In this document: piece by piece, positions 39,830-48,758 of the stretch
Position numbering within the stretch: the first letter of the stretch is position 1
How the letters are laid out: the number at the start of each line of letters is the position of its first letter
IMG/VR virus record: IMGVR_UViG_3300021356_000012
Coordinates: 6,141-70,140 of that record
Direction: 5' to 3' (one strand)
Origin: a virus
Length of the DNA: 64,000 nucleotides
The notes under the pieces: generated by a model
Database searches by the model: none
Told to the model about the DNA's origin: nothing
The model's input: the letters and a program-made list of their open reading frames with translations, nothing else
Position numbers and translations under genes: made by a program

Positions 39830-41360
39830 CAAGATACGAATAAGGATGGTCAACCACAGTTACTTTTCTGTGGAGGCACATCCCGCACAGGAGAATGAAT
39901 TACGAGAGTATTTCTCGTTCTTCGTCCCTGGCTATAAGTTCATGCCTGCGTATAAACGTAAGGTTTGGGACGGCCGCGTAAAACTGTACAACACTGTAAC
40001 TAAACAGATGAACGTGGGTCTCTACACACATTTGCGTCGATTCTGCGCAGACCGATTCTACCAACTAGAAATTTTAGAACACGAACGGTTCGGTATCCCA
40101 TCATACAAAGACGATATTGACCACCCAACTCTAGTAAAATACCTCGCAAACCTTGGTTCCCCGTTTGAACCAAGAGACTACCAGTACAAGGCCATCACTC
40201 ACGGAATAGAACGATTGAGGTCAATACTACTGTCCCCAACAGGTAGTGGTAAGTCATTTATCATTTATAACCTAATGCGTTATTGTCATGACGTTACCGA
40301 AGGAAAAATCCTCGTAGTCGTTCCCACTACATCACTCGTAGAGCAGATGTACAAAGACTTCGAAGACTATGGGTATGACGTGAATGAACATTGCCACAGG
40401 ATATACTCTGGTAAAGAAAAGGTGACCGATAAACGTATCATAATCTCTACTTGGCAGTCTATCTATAAATTTGGACGCGAGTGGTTTGAACAGTTCGAAA
40501 CCGTATTCGGTGATGAGGTACATCTGTTCAAGGCCAAGTCACTTGCAACCATGATGGACAAGTGTATTAATGCACGTTACAGATTTGGTTTGACTGGTAC
40601 GCTCGACGGTACCGAAACCAATAAACTGGTATTGGAAGGATTGTTCGGACCTACCTTTACCGTCACACGCACAGTCGAACTCCAAAAAGACAAAACTCTG
40701 GCAGACCTTGACATCTCTGTTCTACTCATGCGATACCACAATGATGTGTGTCATTTCATGAAGGACAAAAAGTATCAAGACGAACTCGATTACATTGTAC
40801 AGTACGAACCCCGTAATCGGTTCATTAGCAAACTCGCGATTGACCAGACGGGTAATACACTCGTGATGTTTCAGTTCGTGGAGAAACACGGTAAGGTATT
40901 GTACGATATGATTCGTGACCTCGCTGGACCAGACCGTAAGGTCTTCTACGTATCCGGTGAAGTTGCCGCATCTGACAGAGAACAAATAAGAGGAATCGTA
41001 GAGAAACAAAATGACGCTATTATCGTCGCTTCTCTTGGTACTTTTAGCACTGGCATCAACATCCGCAACCTGCATAATATTGTATTTGCGACTCCGTCAA
41101 AATCTCAAGTTAAAGTTCTCCAATCAATTGGTCGTGGCCTTCGTCAGTCTGATGACGGTCGCACTACTAAGCTCTTTGATATTGCTGATGATCTTCATAT
41201 CAAATCTCACAAGAACTTTACTCTGAAACATAGTGCCGAAAGAATCAAGATATATACTAAAGAAGGGTTCAGATACAAAATCTATCCCATTGACCTAAAA
41301 CCAATGAAAGGCAGTACCAATGAAATCGAAGTATTCGATAAAGCAACTCAAACTAACTAA
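39822..41360 (+). CDS. uvsW: UvsW SF2 helicase
   Basis: SPTGSGKS, DEVH, GLTGT, QSIGRGLR; GTG at 39822 is the likely start. Confidence 0.95.
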   Translation: MDNKIRIRMVNHSYFSVEAHPAQENELREYFSFFVPGYKFMPAYKRKVWDGRVKLYNTVTKQMNVGLYTHLRRFCADRFYQLEILEHERFGIPSYKDDIDHPTLVKYLANLGSPFEPRDYQYKAITHGIERLRSILLSPTGSGKSFIIYNLMRYCHDVTEGKILVVVPTTSLVEQMYKDFEDYGYDVNEHCHRIYSGKEKVTDKRIIISTWQSIYKFGREWFEQFETVFGDEVHLFKAKSLATMMDKCINARYRFGLTGTLDGTETNKLVLEGLFGPTFTVTRTVELQKDKTLADLDISVLLMRYHNDVCHFMKDKKYQDELDYIVQYEPRNRFISKLAIDQTGNTLVMFQFVEKHGKVLYDMIRDLAGPDRKVFYVSGEVAASDREQIRGIVEKQNDAIIVASLGTFSTGINIRNLHNIVFATPSKSQVKVLQSIGRGLRQSDDGRTTKLFDIADDLHIKSHKNFTLKHSAERIKIYTKEGFRYKIYPIDLKPMKGSTNEIEVFDKATQTN

Positions 41361-41745
41361 TGGTGAAGAAATACTCTGTGAGGTTCTCGATGAGGCCCAA
41401 GAGTCTATTTGCATAAACAACGCTCTTATGTTGGCGTCGAATACCGCTAAAGATGGTTCTAAGTTTTTTACTTTTCGCAATTTTATGACGTACCAAGATA
41501 CACCAATGAATGTAATCATGTTGATGACCGATAAGATTATGTCTATCGCTCTACCATCTAACGATATGATAGAACAGTATGAAATTGCATTAGAACAGTT
41601 GGCTGACCAAATTGAGAAGGACCGCGAATATGGAACTATGTTCTTAACCGAAGATGAGGACAACCAGACTTTCGAAGAGTTTCTACGTGAGGTTAATGAT
41701 TATCGGTTGATGGATTCTGATACCGATGGGTTCACTCCACACTAG
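41320..41745 (+). CDS. Conserved hypothetical protein downstream of uvsW (Sm-like fold suspected)
   Basis: IKQLKLTNGEEILCEV N-terminus typical of this T4-like gene. Confidence 0.65.
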   Translation: MKSKYSIKQLKLTNGEEILCEVLDEAQESICINNALMLASNTAKDGSKFFTFRNFMTYQDTPMNVIMLMTDKIMSIALPSNDMIEQYEIALEQLADQIEKDREYGTMFLTEDEDNQTFEEFLREVNDYRLMDSDTDGFTPH

Positions 41746-41773
41746 CTATTATTCTCCCCTTTGGTTAAAGGAG

Positions 41774-41802
41774 ATTATACACTAATTTAAACGACCTGTC
41801 AA
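41774..41802 (-). promoter_or_regulatory. Perfect sigma70 promoter on the minus strand (antisense)
   Basis: Reverse complement reads TTGACA-17 bp-TATAAT. Confidence 0.7.
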
Positions 41803-41819
41803 CACTTTTTTAAAATATT

Positions 41820-42260
41820 ATGAAAATAGGTTTTACCTGCTCTACTTTTGACCTTTTACATTCCGGACACGTGCAGATGTTACGCAACGCAAAGGACCAG
41901 TGCGACTACTTAATTGTGGGTTTGCAGACTGACCCTACGATAGATAGACCGGATACGAAAAACAAACCAATACAGTCCTTGGTTGAGAGATACACTCAAC
42001 TGAGTGCGATTCGTTATGTCGATGAAATTATTCCTTATGAGTCTGAGAGAGATCTCGAAGATATCTTGTCACTATATAAGCTCGATATACAGATCCTTGG
42101 TGATGAGTACCGTGATAAAGACTTCACGGGGAAAGACATTGGACGCAAACGCGGTATTGAGTATTACTTTAATGATAGGTCGCATAGATTTTCGTCGAGT
42201 GAGTTGCGACAACGGGTTGCCTATAGAACGGGTGTTGGATTGACACCTCGCATAAAATAG
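41820..42260 (+). CDS. Cytidylyltransferase (glycerol-3-phosphate cytidylyltransferase/TagD-like)
   Basis: TFDLLHSGH (HxGH), LIVGL.TD, YVDEIIPY, SSS.LR. Confidence 0.88.
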   Translation: MKIGFTCSTFDLLHSGHVQMLRNAKDQCDYLIVGLQTDPTIDRPDTKNKPIQSLVERYTQLSAIRYVDEIIPYESERDLEDILSLYKLDIQILGDEYRDKDFTGKDIGRKRGIEYYFNDRSHRFSSSELRQRVAYRTGVGLTPRIK

Positions 42261-42268
42261 GGTATAAT
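42240..42268 (+). promoter_or_regulatory. Sigma70-type promoter for gp55
   Basis: TTGACA-17 bp-TATAAT. Confidence 0.8.
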
Positions 42269-42293
42269 AGCCTGTATTAAATGGGAGTTGTAT

Positions 42294-42875
42294 ATGAAAC
42301 CTAAAGAGAAACCACATTACGTAAATAACCGTGAATTTTCCGAATCGGTCGTTGCGTATTGCACACGGGTGCGGAAAGCAAAAGAAGAAGATACCCCCGT
42401 ACCGATAGTGCCTGATTATATCGCACAATGTTTCCTGCGCATTGCAGAAGGTCTCTCGCACAAGGCGAACTTCGTCCGTTACACATATCGTGAAGAGATG
42501 GTTATGGATGCAGTGGAAAATTGTCTAAAGGCGATTGAGAATTATGATATCGAGGCTGCGACACGTTCGGGTAAACCAAATGCATTCGCATATTTCACAC
42601 AGATTTCTTGGTACGCATTCCTGCGTCGTATCCAGAAAGAAAAGAAGCAGCAGGACATCAAACTGAAGTTTATCTCAGAGGCGGATGTGTCTGAGTTCTT
42701 GTTTGACAATGACGACACTGCACCTGTTGCGGGCTCACTGGTTGATACGTTGAGGTTTCGTATTGACACAGTCAAAGCTGCGGACGACGAGTTCAAGGAA
42801 TACGTTAAAGAAGAGAAGAAGCGCAAGAGACGTGCAGTGCATGTCGATTCAGACCTATCTGAGTTCCTTGAATAA
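42294..42875 (+). CDS. gp55: Late sigma factor gp55
   Basis: HYVNNREF...IAEGLSHKANF..YTYREEMVMDAVENC...NAFAYFTQI...AFLRRI.KEKKQ. Confidence 0.95.
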   Translation: MKPKEKPHYVNNREFSESVVAYCTRVRKAKEEDTPVPIVPDYIAQCFLRIAEGLSHKANFVRYTYREEMVMDAVENCLKAIENYDIEAATRSGKPNAFAYFTQISWYAFLRRIQKEKKQQDIKLKFISEADVSEFLFDNDDTAPVAGSLVDTLRFRIDTVKAADDEFKEYVKEEKKRKRRAVHVDSDLSEFLE

Positions 42876-42880
42876 AATAC

Positions 42881-42909
42881 TTTACAAACGCCCTAGACTA
42901 TAGTATAAT
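42881..42909 (+). promoter_or_regulatory. Sigma70-type promoter for gp47/46
   Basis: TTTACA-17 bp-TATAAT. Confidence 0.7.
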
Positions 42910-42945
42910 TGCCTAGTATTTTGTACAGTTTTACCTGAGAGTTTT

Positions 42946-44004
42946 ATGAGAGTTGCTATACTGAACGATACCCATTGCGGTATCCGTAACTCTTCTGATA
43001 TTTTTATGCAGTATCAGGAGAGGTTTTATACAGAAATTTTTTTCCCGTATCTACTAGAAAACAACATTACGCAGATTCTTCACCTTGGTGATTACTACGA
43101 TAACCGTAAGACAATCAACCTCAAGGCCCTGAATCACAACCGTCGTATTTTCCTAGACAAGTTGCGCGAGTATGGTATCACTATGGATATTATACCAGGC
43201 AATCATGATACCTATTTTAAAAACACGAACAACCTTAACTCGTTGAAGGAGTTGATGGGTCACTACATGAACGAAGTGAACATCATCGAAGAACCAACGG
43301 ACATGAAGTATGGTGATACCACTGTCGCGTTAGTACCTTGGATAAACCCTGAGAACGAAAAAGACATTCTTAATTTTCTATCTAAGACGAAGTCACCTGT
43401 ATGTGCGGGTCACTTCGAGTTGGCTGGATTTGAAATGGACAAAGGTCTTATTTGTAAAGAGGGGATGGACCCAAAACCACTAGAACACTTTGACCTTGTG
43501 TTGTCCGGACACTTTCATACGAAGTCGCACAGTAAAAACATTCATTACTTGGGTGCCCAGATGGAGTTCTTCTGGAACGATGCGCATGACCCTAAGTATT
43601 TCCATATCTTTGACACAGAGACCTACACGCTGGAGCCTGTGCAAAACCCATTGACAATCTACCACAAGATTTACTATAATGAAAATGAGGTGAGTCATTT
43701 CGAAAACTTGTCTTACCTTGATGATAAGTTTGTCAAAGTTATAGTGACTAATCGTTCAGATGTAAAAAAATTCGAACGGTATATTGAACGCATCAACAAC
43801 CAGAGAATACACGAACTCAAGATTGCGGAGGACTTCCGCGAGTTCCGTGGAGAGAACGTCGATGATGTAAACATTAGTGTTGACGACACGCAGACATTAG
43901 TGTATAATTATATCGATGAGGTTGATACTGACCTAGACAAAGACCGTATTAAGGGTCTAGTATCTGAGTTGATGGTTGAGGCGCAAAGCGTAGAGATTGC
44001 ATGA
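42946..44004 (+). CDS. gp47: Recombination endonuclease subunit gp47 (Mre11-like)
   Basis: DTH.G, HLGD..D, GNHD, SGHFH phosphoesterase motifs. Confidence 0.95.
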   Translation: MRVAILNDTHCGIRNSSDIFMQYQERFYTEIFFPYLLENNITQILHLGDYYDNRKTINLKALNHNRRIFLDKLREYGITMDIIPGNHDTYFKNTNNLNSLKELMGHYMNEVNIIEEPTDMKYGDTTVALVPWINPENEKDILNFLSKTKSPVCAGHFELAGFEMDKGLICKEGMDPKPLEHFDLVLSGHFHTKSHSKNIHYLGAQMEFFWNDAHDPKYFHIFDTETYTLEPVQNPLTIYHKIYYNENEVSHFENLSYLDDKFVKVIVTNRSDVKKFERYIERINNQRIHELKIAEDFREFRGENVDDVNISVDDTQTLVYNYIDEVDTDLDKDRIKGLVSELMVEAQSVEIA

Positions 44005-45725
44005 TTAAATTTCAGAAACTCCGTTGGAAGAATTTTCTTTCGACGGGGAACTACTTTAACGAAATTGATTTCTTAACAGAGCCAACTAATCTTATTGTTG
44101 GTGACAATGGTGCAGGTAAATCCACGATGTTGGACGCACTGTCATTTGCACTGTTTGGGAAGCCACACCGTAAGATTACCAAAGCACAGTTGATAAACAC
44201 TATCAACAACAAAGACTGCCGTTGTGAAGTAGAGTTCACCGTCAACGGTATGCAGTATCGTGTTGTCCGTGGTATCAAACCGAACAAGTTTGAAATCTGG
44301 AAAGACGGTACTATGATTAATCAGAACTCACACGCGAAAGAGTACCAAGAAGTTCTTGAGAAAAACGTCTTACAGATGTCCCACAAGAGCTTCCACCAAA
44401 TTGTTGTTCTCGGCTCCTCTTCGTTCATCCCGTTTATGCAACTCAACTCAACCTCTCGACGGGATGTAATCGAAGACTTGTTGGATATCAACATCTTCTC
44501 GAAGATGAACACTATCCTCAAGGAAAAAACCTCTCAACTCAAAACGGAGCTTGAGAACAACAACCATTCCATTGAGGTGGTTAAAACTAAGATAAATGCA
44601 CAGAAGAAATATATCCGTGATTTAACCGCCATCAATACTGCGCATCGCAAAGAGAAAGAGAATGAGATTGCGGAGTTGCAGAAAGAGATTACAGAGATTC
44701 AGGAAACCAATGCAGGTCTGTCATCCACGGTCAATGTGTTGTTACCTGAACTGACAGAGAATCTCTCCAAGGTTCGTGGACTGAAACAACAACTTGACAA
44801 ATACTATGCGACGTTTCAATCTCAAGTCAAGCAGGTCGTCAAGGAAGCCAAGTTCTTCGAAGAGAACGAACACTGTCCCACATGTGACCAAGAGATTGCA
44901 GAAGACCTTCGCGAAGATAAGAAGGACGCTGCAACTAAACGTGCGCGTGAACTAAAACACGCAATGAACAAGGCGGACGAAGAATTGTCTGCATATACTT
45001 CCGAGATTGAGGACCTTGAACTCCGTATGTCTCAGTGCATGAGCGACCAAAATACTCTGAACAATAACAACCAGACTATTTCGCGTCTGCAGAGAACCAT
45101 TGACAAAATTAATGGTGACCTCACTGAAATGGCTGATAGCTCAGGTGACATGGGTCAGGCAAATAAGGACCTGAACGTTCTGGACGAAGAACTATTAGAC
45201 TTAACCGATGAGAAGTTTACCCTTAACGAACGGTCTGCATACAATCGTATCGCGGGAGAGTTGTTGAGAGACACTGGTATCAAGACGAAGATTATTAAAC
45301 AGTACGTTCCTGTGATTAATCAGTTGACCAACCAGTATTTGCAGATACTAGATTTCTTTGTTCACTTTGAACTCGATGAGAGTTTTAACGAGACTATCCG
45401 TTCACGGTTCCGTGACAAGTTCTCTTATGATTCATTCTCTGAGGGTGAGAAACAACGTATCGACCTATCTCTATTATTTACTTGGCGACAGATTGCCAAG
45501 ATGAAGAATTCTGTATCTACTAACCTATTGATACTGGATGAAACGTTCGACTCTTCGTTGGACGGTGAAGGTGTTGATAATCTCATGAAGATTATTGAAA
45601 CATTGAAGGAAGACACGAACGTCTTCGTTATTTCTCACAAGACTGAGCTGGAGGACGCGCACTTTGAACGTAAGTTGTCGTTCTACAAAGAGAAGAACTT
45701 CAGTCGCATGAAAGAAATAACTTGA
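44001..45725 (+). CDS. gp46: Recombination ATPase gp46 (Rad50-like)
   Basis: GDNGAGKST, CPTC zinc hook, FSEGEK signature, LILDE, ISH. Confidence 0.96.
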   Translation: MIKFQKLRWKNFLSTGNYFNEIDFLTEPTNLIVGDNGAGKSTMLDALSFALFGKPHRKITKAQLINTINNKDCRCEVEFTVNGMQYRVVRGIKPNKFEIWKDGTMINQNSHAKEYQEVLEKNVLQMSHKSFHQIVVLGSSSFIPFMQLNSTSRRDVIEDLLDINIFSKMNTILKEKTSQLKTELENNNHSIEVVKTKINAQKKYIRDLTAINTAHRKEKENEIAELQKEITEIQETNAGLSSTVNVLLPELTENLSKVRGLKQQLDKYYATFQSQVKQVVKEAKFFEENEHCPTCDQEIAEDLREDKKDAATKRARELKHAMNKADEELSAYTSEIEDLELRMSQCMSDQNTLNNNNQTISRLQRTIDKINGDLTEMADSSGDMGQANKDLNVLDEELLDLTDEKFTLNERSAYNRIAGELLRDTGIKTKIIKQYVPVINQLTNQYLQILDFFVHFELDESFNETIRSRFRDKFSYDSFSEGEKQRIDLSLLFTWRQIAKMKNSVSTNLLILDETFDSSLDGEGVDNLMKIIETLKEDTNVFVISHKTELEDAHFERKLSFYKEKNFSRMKEIT

Positions 45726-45750
45726 CAACCCTTGTGTCTTATTATATAAT
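45722..45750 (+). promoter_or_regulatory. Sigma70-type promoter for gp45
   Basis: TTGACA-17 bp-TATAAT. Confidence 0.8.
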
Positions 45751-45779
45751 GGCTACCATGTTTAATCGAGGAATCACTA

Positions 45780-46457
45780 ATGGAACTATCTAGTCGCACA
45801 GTTGATATCTTGCGTAACTTTGCGAGTATCAACCCAAACATTGTTGTCTCTGAGGGCAACACCCTGAAGACCATGTCTATTGCAAAGAACCTTGTTGCAA
45901 AGGCAGTCATCGAAGAATCGTTTCCTACCACTTTCGGTATTTACGATTTGTCTGAGTTTCTCTCAGTAATTAATCTGGTTGATAACCCAACTATCGAGTT
46001 TGGTGAGAACAATTGTTCTGTCCGTGATGGTAGTGGTCTTTCGTCTGTCCGGTACTTCTACTCTGACCCAGAGATGTTGACCGCACCTAAGAAAGATATC
46101 GTTATGCCTGCTGCGGATGTCCAGTTTCTACTCACTAACGAAACACTAAGTAAGATAAAACGCGCATCGGCTGCACTTGGTCACGATGAGATTAACATCC
46201 GACCTAGTAGTGGTGCAATCGAAATTGCAGTAGTTGATGGTGCGGATTCTACTTCTAACTCATTCTCTATCACTGTTGACGGTGAGTACCCCGAAGGTGC
46301 CGACTTCAACTATGTTATGAGTGTGGGTAACTTAAAATTGATTGGTGAGGACTATGAGGTCTCAGTGAGTAACAAGCTCATCTCAAACCTACGGTCTACC
46401 GAATCAGAAACCGAATACTTTATCGCATTAGAAAAATCTTCAACATACGGAGTATAA
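45780..46457 (+). CDS. gp45: Sliding clamp gp45
   Basis: MELS..T..IL.NFASIN...FGIYDL.EFL...Y.IALE. Confidence 0.95.
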   Translation: MELSSRTVDILRNFASINPNIVVSEGNTLKTMSIAKNLVAKAVIEESFPTTFGIYDLSEFLSVINLVDNPTIEFGENNCSVRDGSGLSSVRYFYSDPEMLTAPKKDIVMPAADVQFLLTNETLSKIKRASAALGHDEINIRPSSGAIEIAVVDGADSTSNSFSITVDGEYPEGADFNYVMSVGNLKLIGEDYEVSVSNKLISNLRSTESETEYFIALEKSSTYGV

Positions 46458-46458
46458 C

Positions 46459-46674
46459 ATGTCACCTGAACAATCACAACTAAATGATCTCTCTAACCGT
46501 GTTGCGCGTTCTTGCGTTGCGGTCATTGACACCATTGTTGCGCGAGGCGCATTCAAAGGTGAAGAACTGACTACGATTGGTCAGTTACGTGATCAGGCAG
46601 TCCAAGTCGTCGCACTTTATGAAAACCTCGCGAAGGCTGCACTAGCCGCGCAGGAAGAAGCAGCAGAAGAGTAA
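46459..46674 (+). CDS. Small conserved hypothetical protein
   Basis: IDT...RGAFKGEEL..IG.LRD motif; GGAG SD. Confidence 0.65.
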   Translation: MSPEQSQLNDLSNRVARSCVAVIDTIVARGAFKGEELTTIGQLRDQAVQVVALYENLAKAALAAQEEAAEE

Positions 46675-46770
46675 TCCAGTTTGGACGGCGCAGGTTTCTT
46701 TACCTTCGATTGAATACACATTATTATGTCTATATCGCCTGTGTCGTCCCTTTTTTTTATACGTTAGAAT

Positions 46771-47025
46771 GTGAAACTAGATAAAGGTATTGCGAAAGAA
46801 ACCTCAATACATGTGTTGATGGGGACAGTGATTAACTATCCCCTGAACATAGTTTTCCTATATGTGATTATCGACATGTGGAATATCACCGACCCATTCT
46901 GGATATCAAATATTGTCACGCTTGGGTTTTCTATAGTCGCCTTCACTCGAATATACATAGTAAGGTCTATTGTAGAAAAAAGGAAATTACGCTCGAGTAG
47001 CTCAGCTGGCAGAGCATCGCATTAG
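46771..47025 (+). CDS. Small two-TM membrane protein (3' end overlaps the tRNA)
   Basis: Two hydrophobic segments, ending R.YIVR. Confidence 0.5.
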   Translation: MKLDKGIAKETSIHVLMGTVINYPLNIVFLYVIIDMWNITDPFWISNIVTLGFSIVAFTRIYIVRSIVEKRKLRSSSSAGRASH

Positions 47026-47066
47026 TAATGCGAAGGTCGTCGGTTCGACCCCGACCTCGAGCTCCA
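46991..47066 (+). tRNA. trnT: tRNA-Thr(AGT)
   Basis: Full cloverleaf: acceptor GCTCGAG/CTCGAGC, D-arm GCTC/GAGC, anticodon stem TCGCA/TGCGA with loop TT-AGT-AA, T-arm GTCGG-TTCGACC-CCGAC, encoded CCA; 76 nt. Confidence 0.92.
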
Positions 47067-47073
47067 TTCACGC

Positions 47074-47655
47074 ATGACTAATAAACTATCAGATTGGTTC
47101 GCAAAGTCGATGACCGCGTTCTTTCGATTTTTCGCAGATACTTTTTTTCGTAAACGCTACGGTCACCGTGCACTTGTTTTAGAAACAGTTGCAGGGGTCC
47201 CAGGCATGATTGGTGGGATGTTGACCCACCTAAAGAGCTTGCGTCGGTTACAACGTGGTAACGGACACAAGATACACGAGTTACTTGCGGAGGCGGAGAA
47301 CGAGCGTAAACACTTGATGTTCTTTATGGAGGTGGTACACCCATCGGTCCTAGAGAGATTCATCATCATTGTTGCGCAGGCTGTTTTCTGGCACTACTAT
47401 CTCGTTCTCTACGTTCTCTTTCCGAAGACTGCACACCGTATGGTGGGTTACTTTGAAGAGGAAGCAGTACGAAGTTATGACGCGTACTTGGTGGAGATTG
47501 AGGAGGGTCGTATCGAAGACGTTCCCGCACCCGAGATTGCAATAGAATATTATGGATTACTTGAGGACGCTAAACTGTCCGACATGATTAGATACGTTCG
47601 ACGTGACGAAGAACACCACGCAAAGGTCAATCACGCCTACGCGGACGAAAATTAA
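47074..47655 (+). CDS. aox: Alternative oxidase (ubiquinol oxidase, di-iron)
   Basis: LETVAGVPGM, EAENERKHL, GYFEEEA..SY and DEEHH di-iron ligand motifs. Confidence 0.93.
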   Translation: MTNKLSDWFAKSMTAFFRFFADTFFRKRYGHRALVLETVAGVPGMIGGMLTHLKSLRRLQRGNGHKIHELLAEAENERKHLMFFMEVVHPSVLERFIIIVAQAVFWHYYLVLYVLFPKTAHRMVGYFEEEAVRSYDAYLVEIEEGRIEDVPAPEIAIEYYGLLEDAKLSDMIRYVRRDEEHHAKVNHAYADEN

Positions 47656-47757
47656 TCACTGCCAGTGTTGCCCCCCGCACGGGGGGTCATCGTTTCGACC
47701 GATACTGTTTATCGGTTTTAACGATTGATTTTTCAATACCAATCGCCATAAATACTC

Positions 47758-47787
47758 TTTACAAATCATATGTACCTCGTGTATAAT
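47758..47787 (+). promoter_or_regulatory. Sigma70-type promoter for gp44
   Basis: TTTACA-18 bp-TATAAT with TG extended -10. Confidence 0.65.
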
Positions 47788-47813
47788 ACGTACATTATAT
47801 TATTGGAGGTTGT

Positions 47814-48758
47814 ATGAGTAAAGAGTTTTTGTGGGTTGAGAAGTATCGTCCTAAGACCGTCGCGGAGACTATCCTACCGGACGAACTAAAGAATACATTT
47901 CAGACCATTGTAAACGGTGGTGAAATTCCCAACATGATGTTTACGGGTACTGCAGGTACAGGTAAGACCACTGTGGCCCGTGCGATTTGTGAAGAGTTGG
48001 AACTTGACTACATCGTTATCAACGGTTCTGAAGAGGGTAACATTGATACCCTAAGAGGTAAGATAAAACAGTTTGCGTCGTCTGTCTCACTGTCCGGTGG
48101 GTATAAGGTGGTTATATTAGACGAGGCCGATTACCTCAACCCACAATCTACACAGCCGGCGTTGCGAGGATTTATTGAAGAGTTCTCTAAGAACTGTCGA
48201 TTCATCATGACATGCAACTTCGAGAACCGCATCATTGACCCGTTGCACTCTCGATGTTCGAAGTACCAATTCAACTTTGACAAGAAAACTATGGCCGCAC
48301 TGTGTGGTCAATTCATGGGTCGGTTGCGTATAATACTAGACACTGAGGGTGTCGCGTACGAGAACGATACTGTGGCTCAGATCATTATGCGTCATGCGCC
48401 AGACTGGCGACGTGTACTGAACGAGTGTCAGAAGGGTTCTATCTCAGGTACTCTGAATAATCCAGTAGGATTAGATAGTGACGTATCCGACCCGTATACG
48501 GTATTATTTAACGCAATTCGCGAGAAGAACTTCAAACGAATGCGCACTTGGGTTGTAAATAATATAGATATAGAACCTGTTGCGATCTTTCGTGGTATCT
48601 ATGACAGAATGTACGAGTTTGTCTCACCGTCTAGCATCCCGCAGTTAGTATTAATACTAGGTGACTACCAGTATAAAAATGCGTTCGTGCAAGATCACGA
48701 ACTAAACTTGGTTGCCTGTCTCACGGAAGTGATGGCAAACGTTGAGATCAAAGAATGA
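47814..48758 (+). CDS. gp44: Clamp loader large subunit gp44
   Basis: LWVEKYRP, GTAGTGKTT, ILDEAD, LHSRC. Confidence 0.96.
   Translation: MSKEFLWVEKYRPKTVAETILPDELKNTFQTIVNGGEIPNMMFTGTAGTGKTTVARAICEELELDYIVINGSEEGNIDTLRGKIKQFASSVSLSGGYKVVILDEADYLNPQSTQPALRGFIEEFSKNCRFIMTCNFENRIIDPLHSRCSKYQFNFDKKTMAALCGQFMGRLRIILDTEGVAYENDTVAQIIMRHAPDWRRVLNECQKGSISGTLNNPVGLDSDVSDPYTVLFNAIREKNFKRMRTWVVNNIDIEPVAIFRGIYDRMYEFVSPSSIPQLVLILGDYQYKNAFVQDHELNLVACLTEVMANVEIKE

Noticed and set aside
47074-47655. Cyanophage PTOX / cyanobacterial host
   Set aside because: The motifs fit AOX rather than PTOX, and no photosynthesis genes are in the window.
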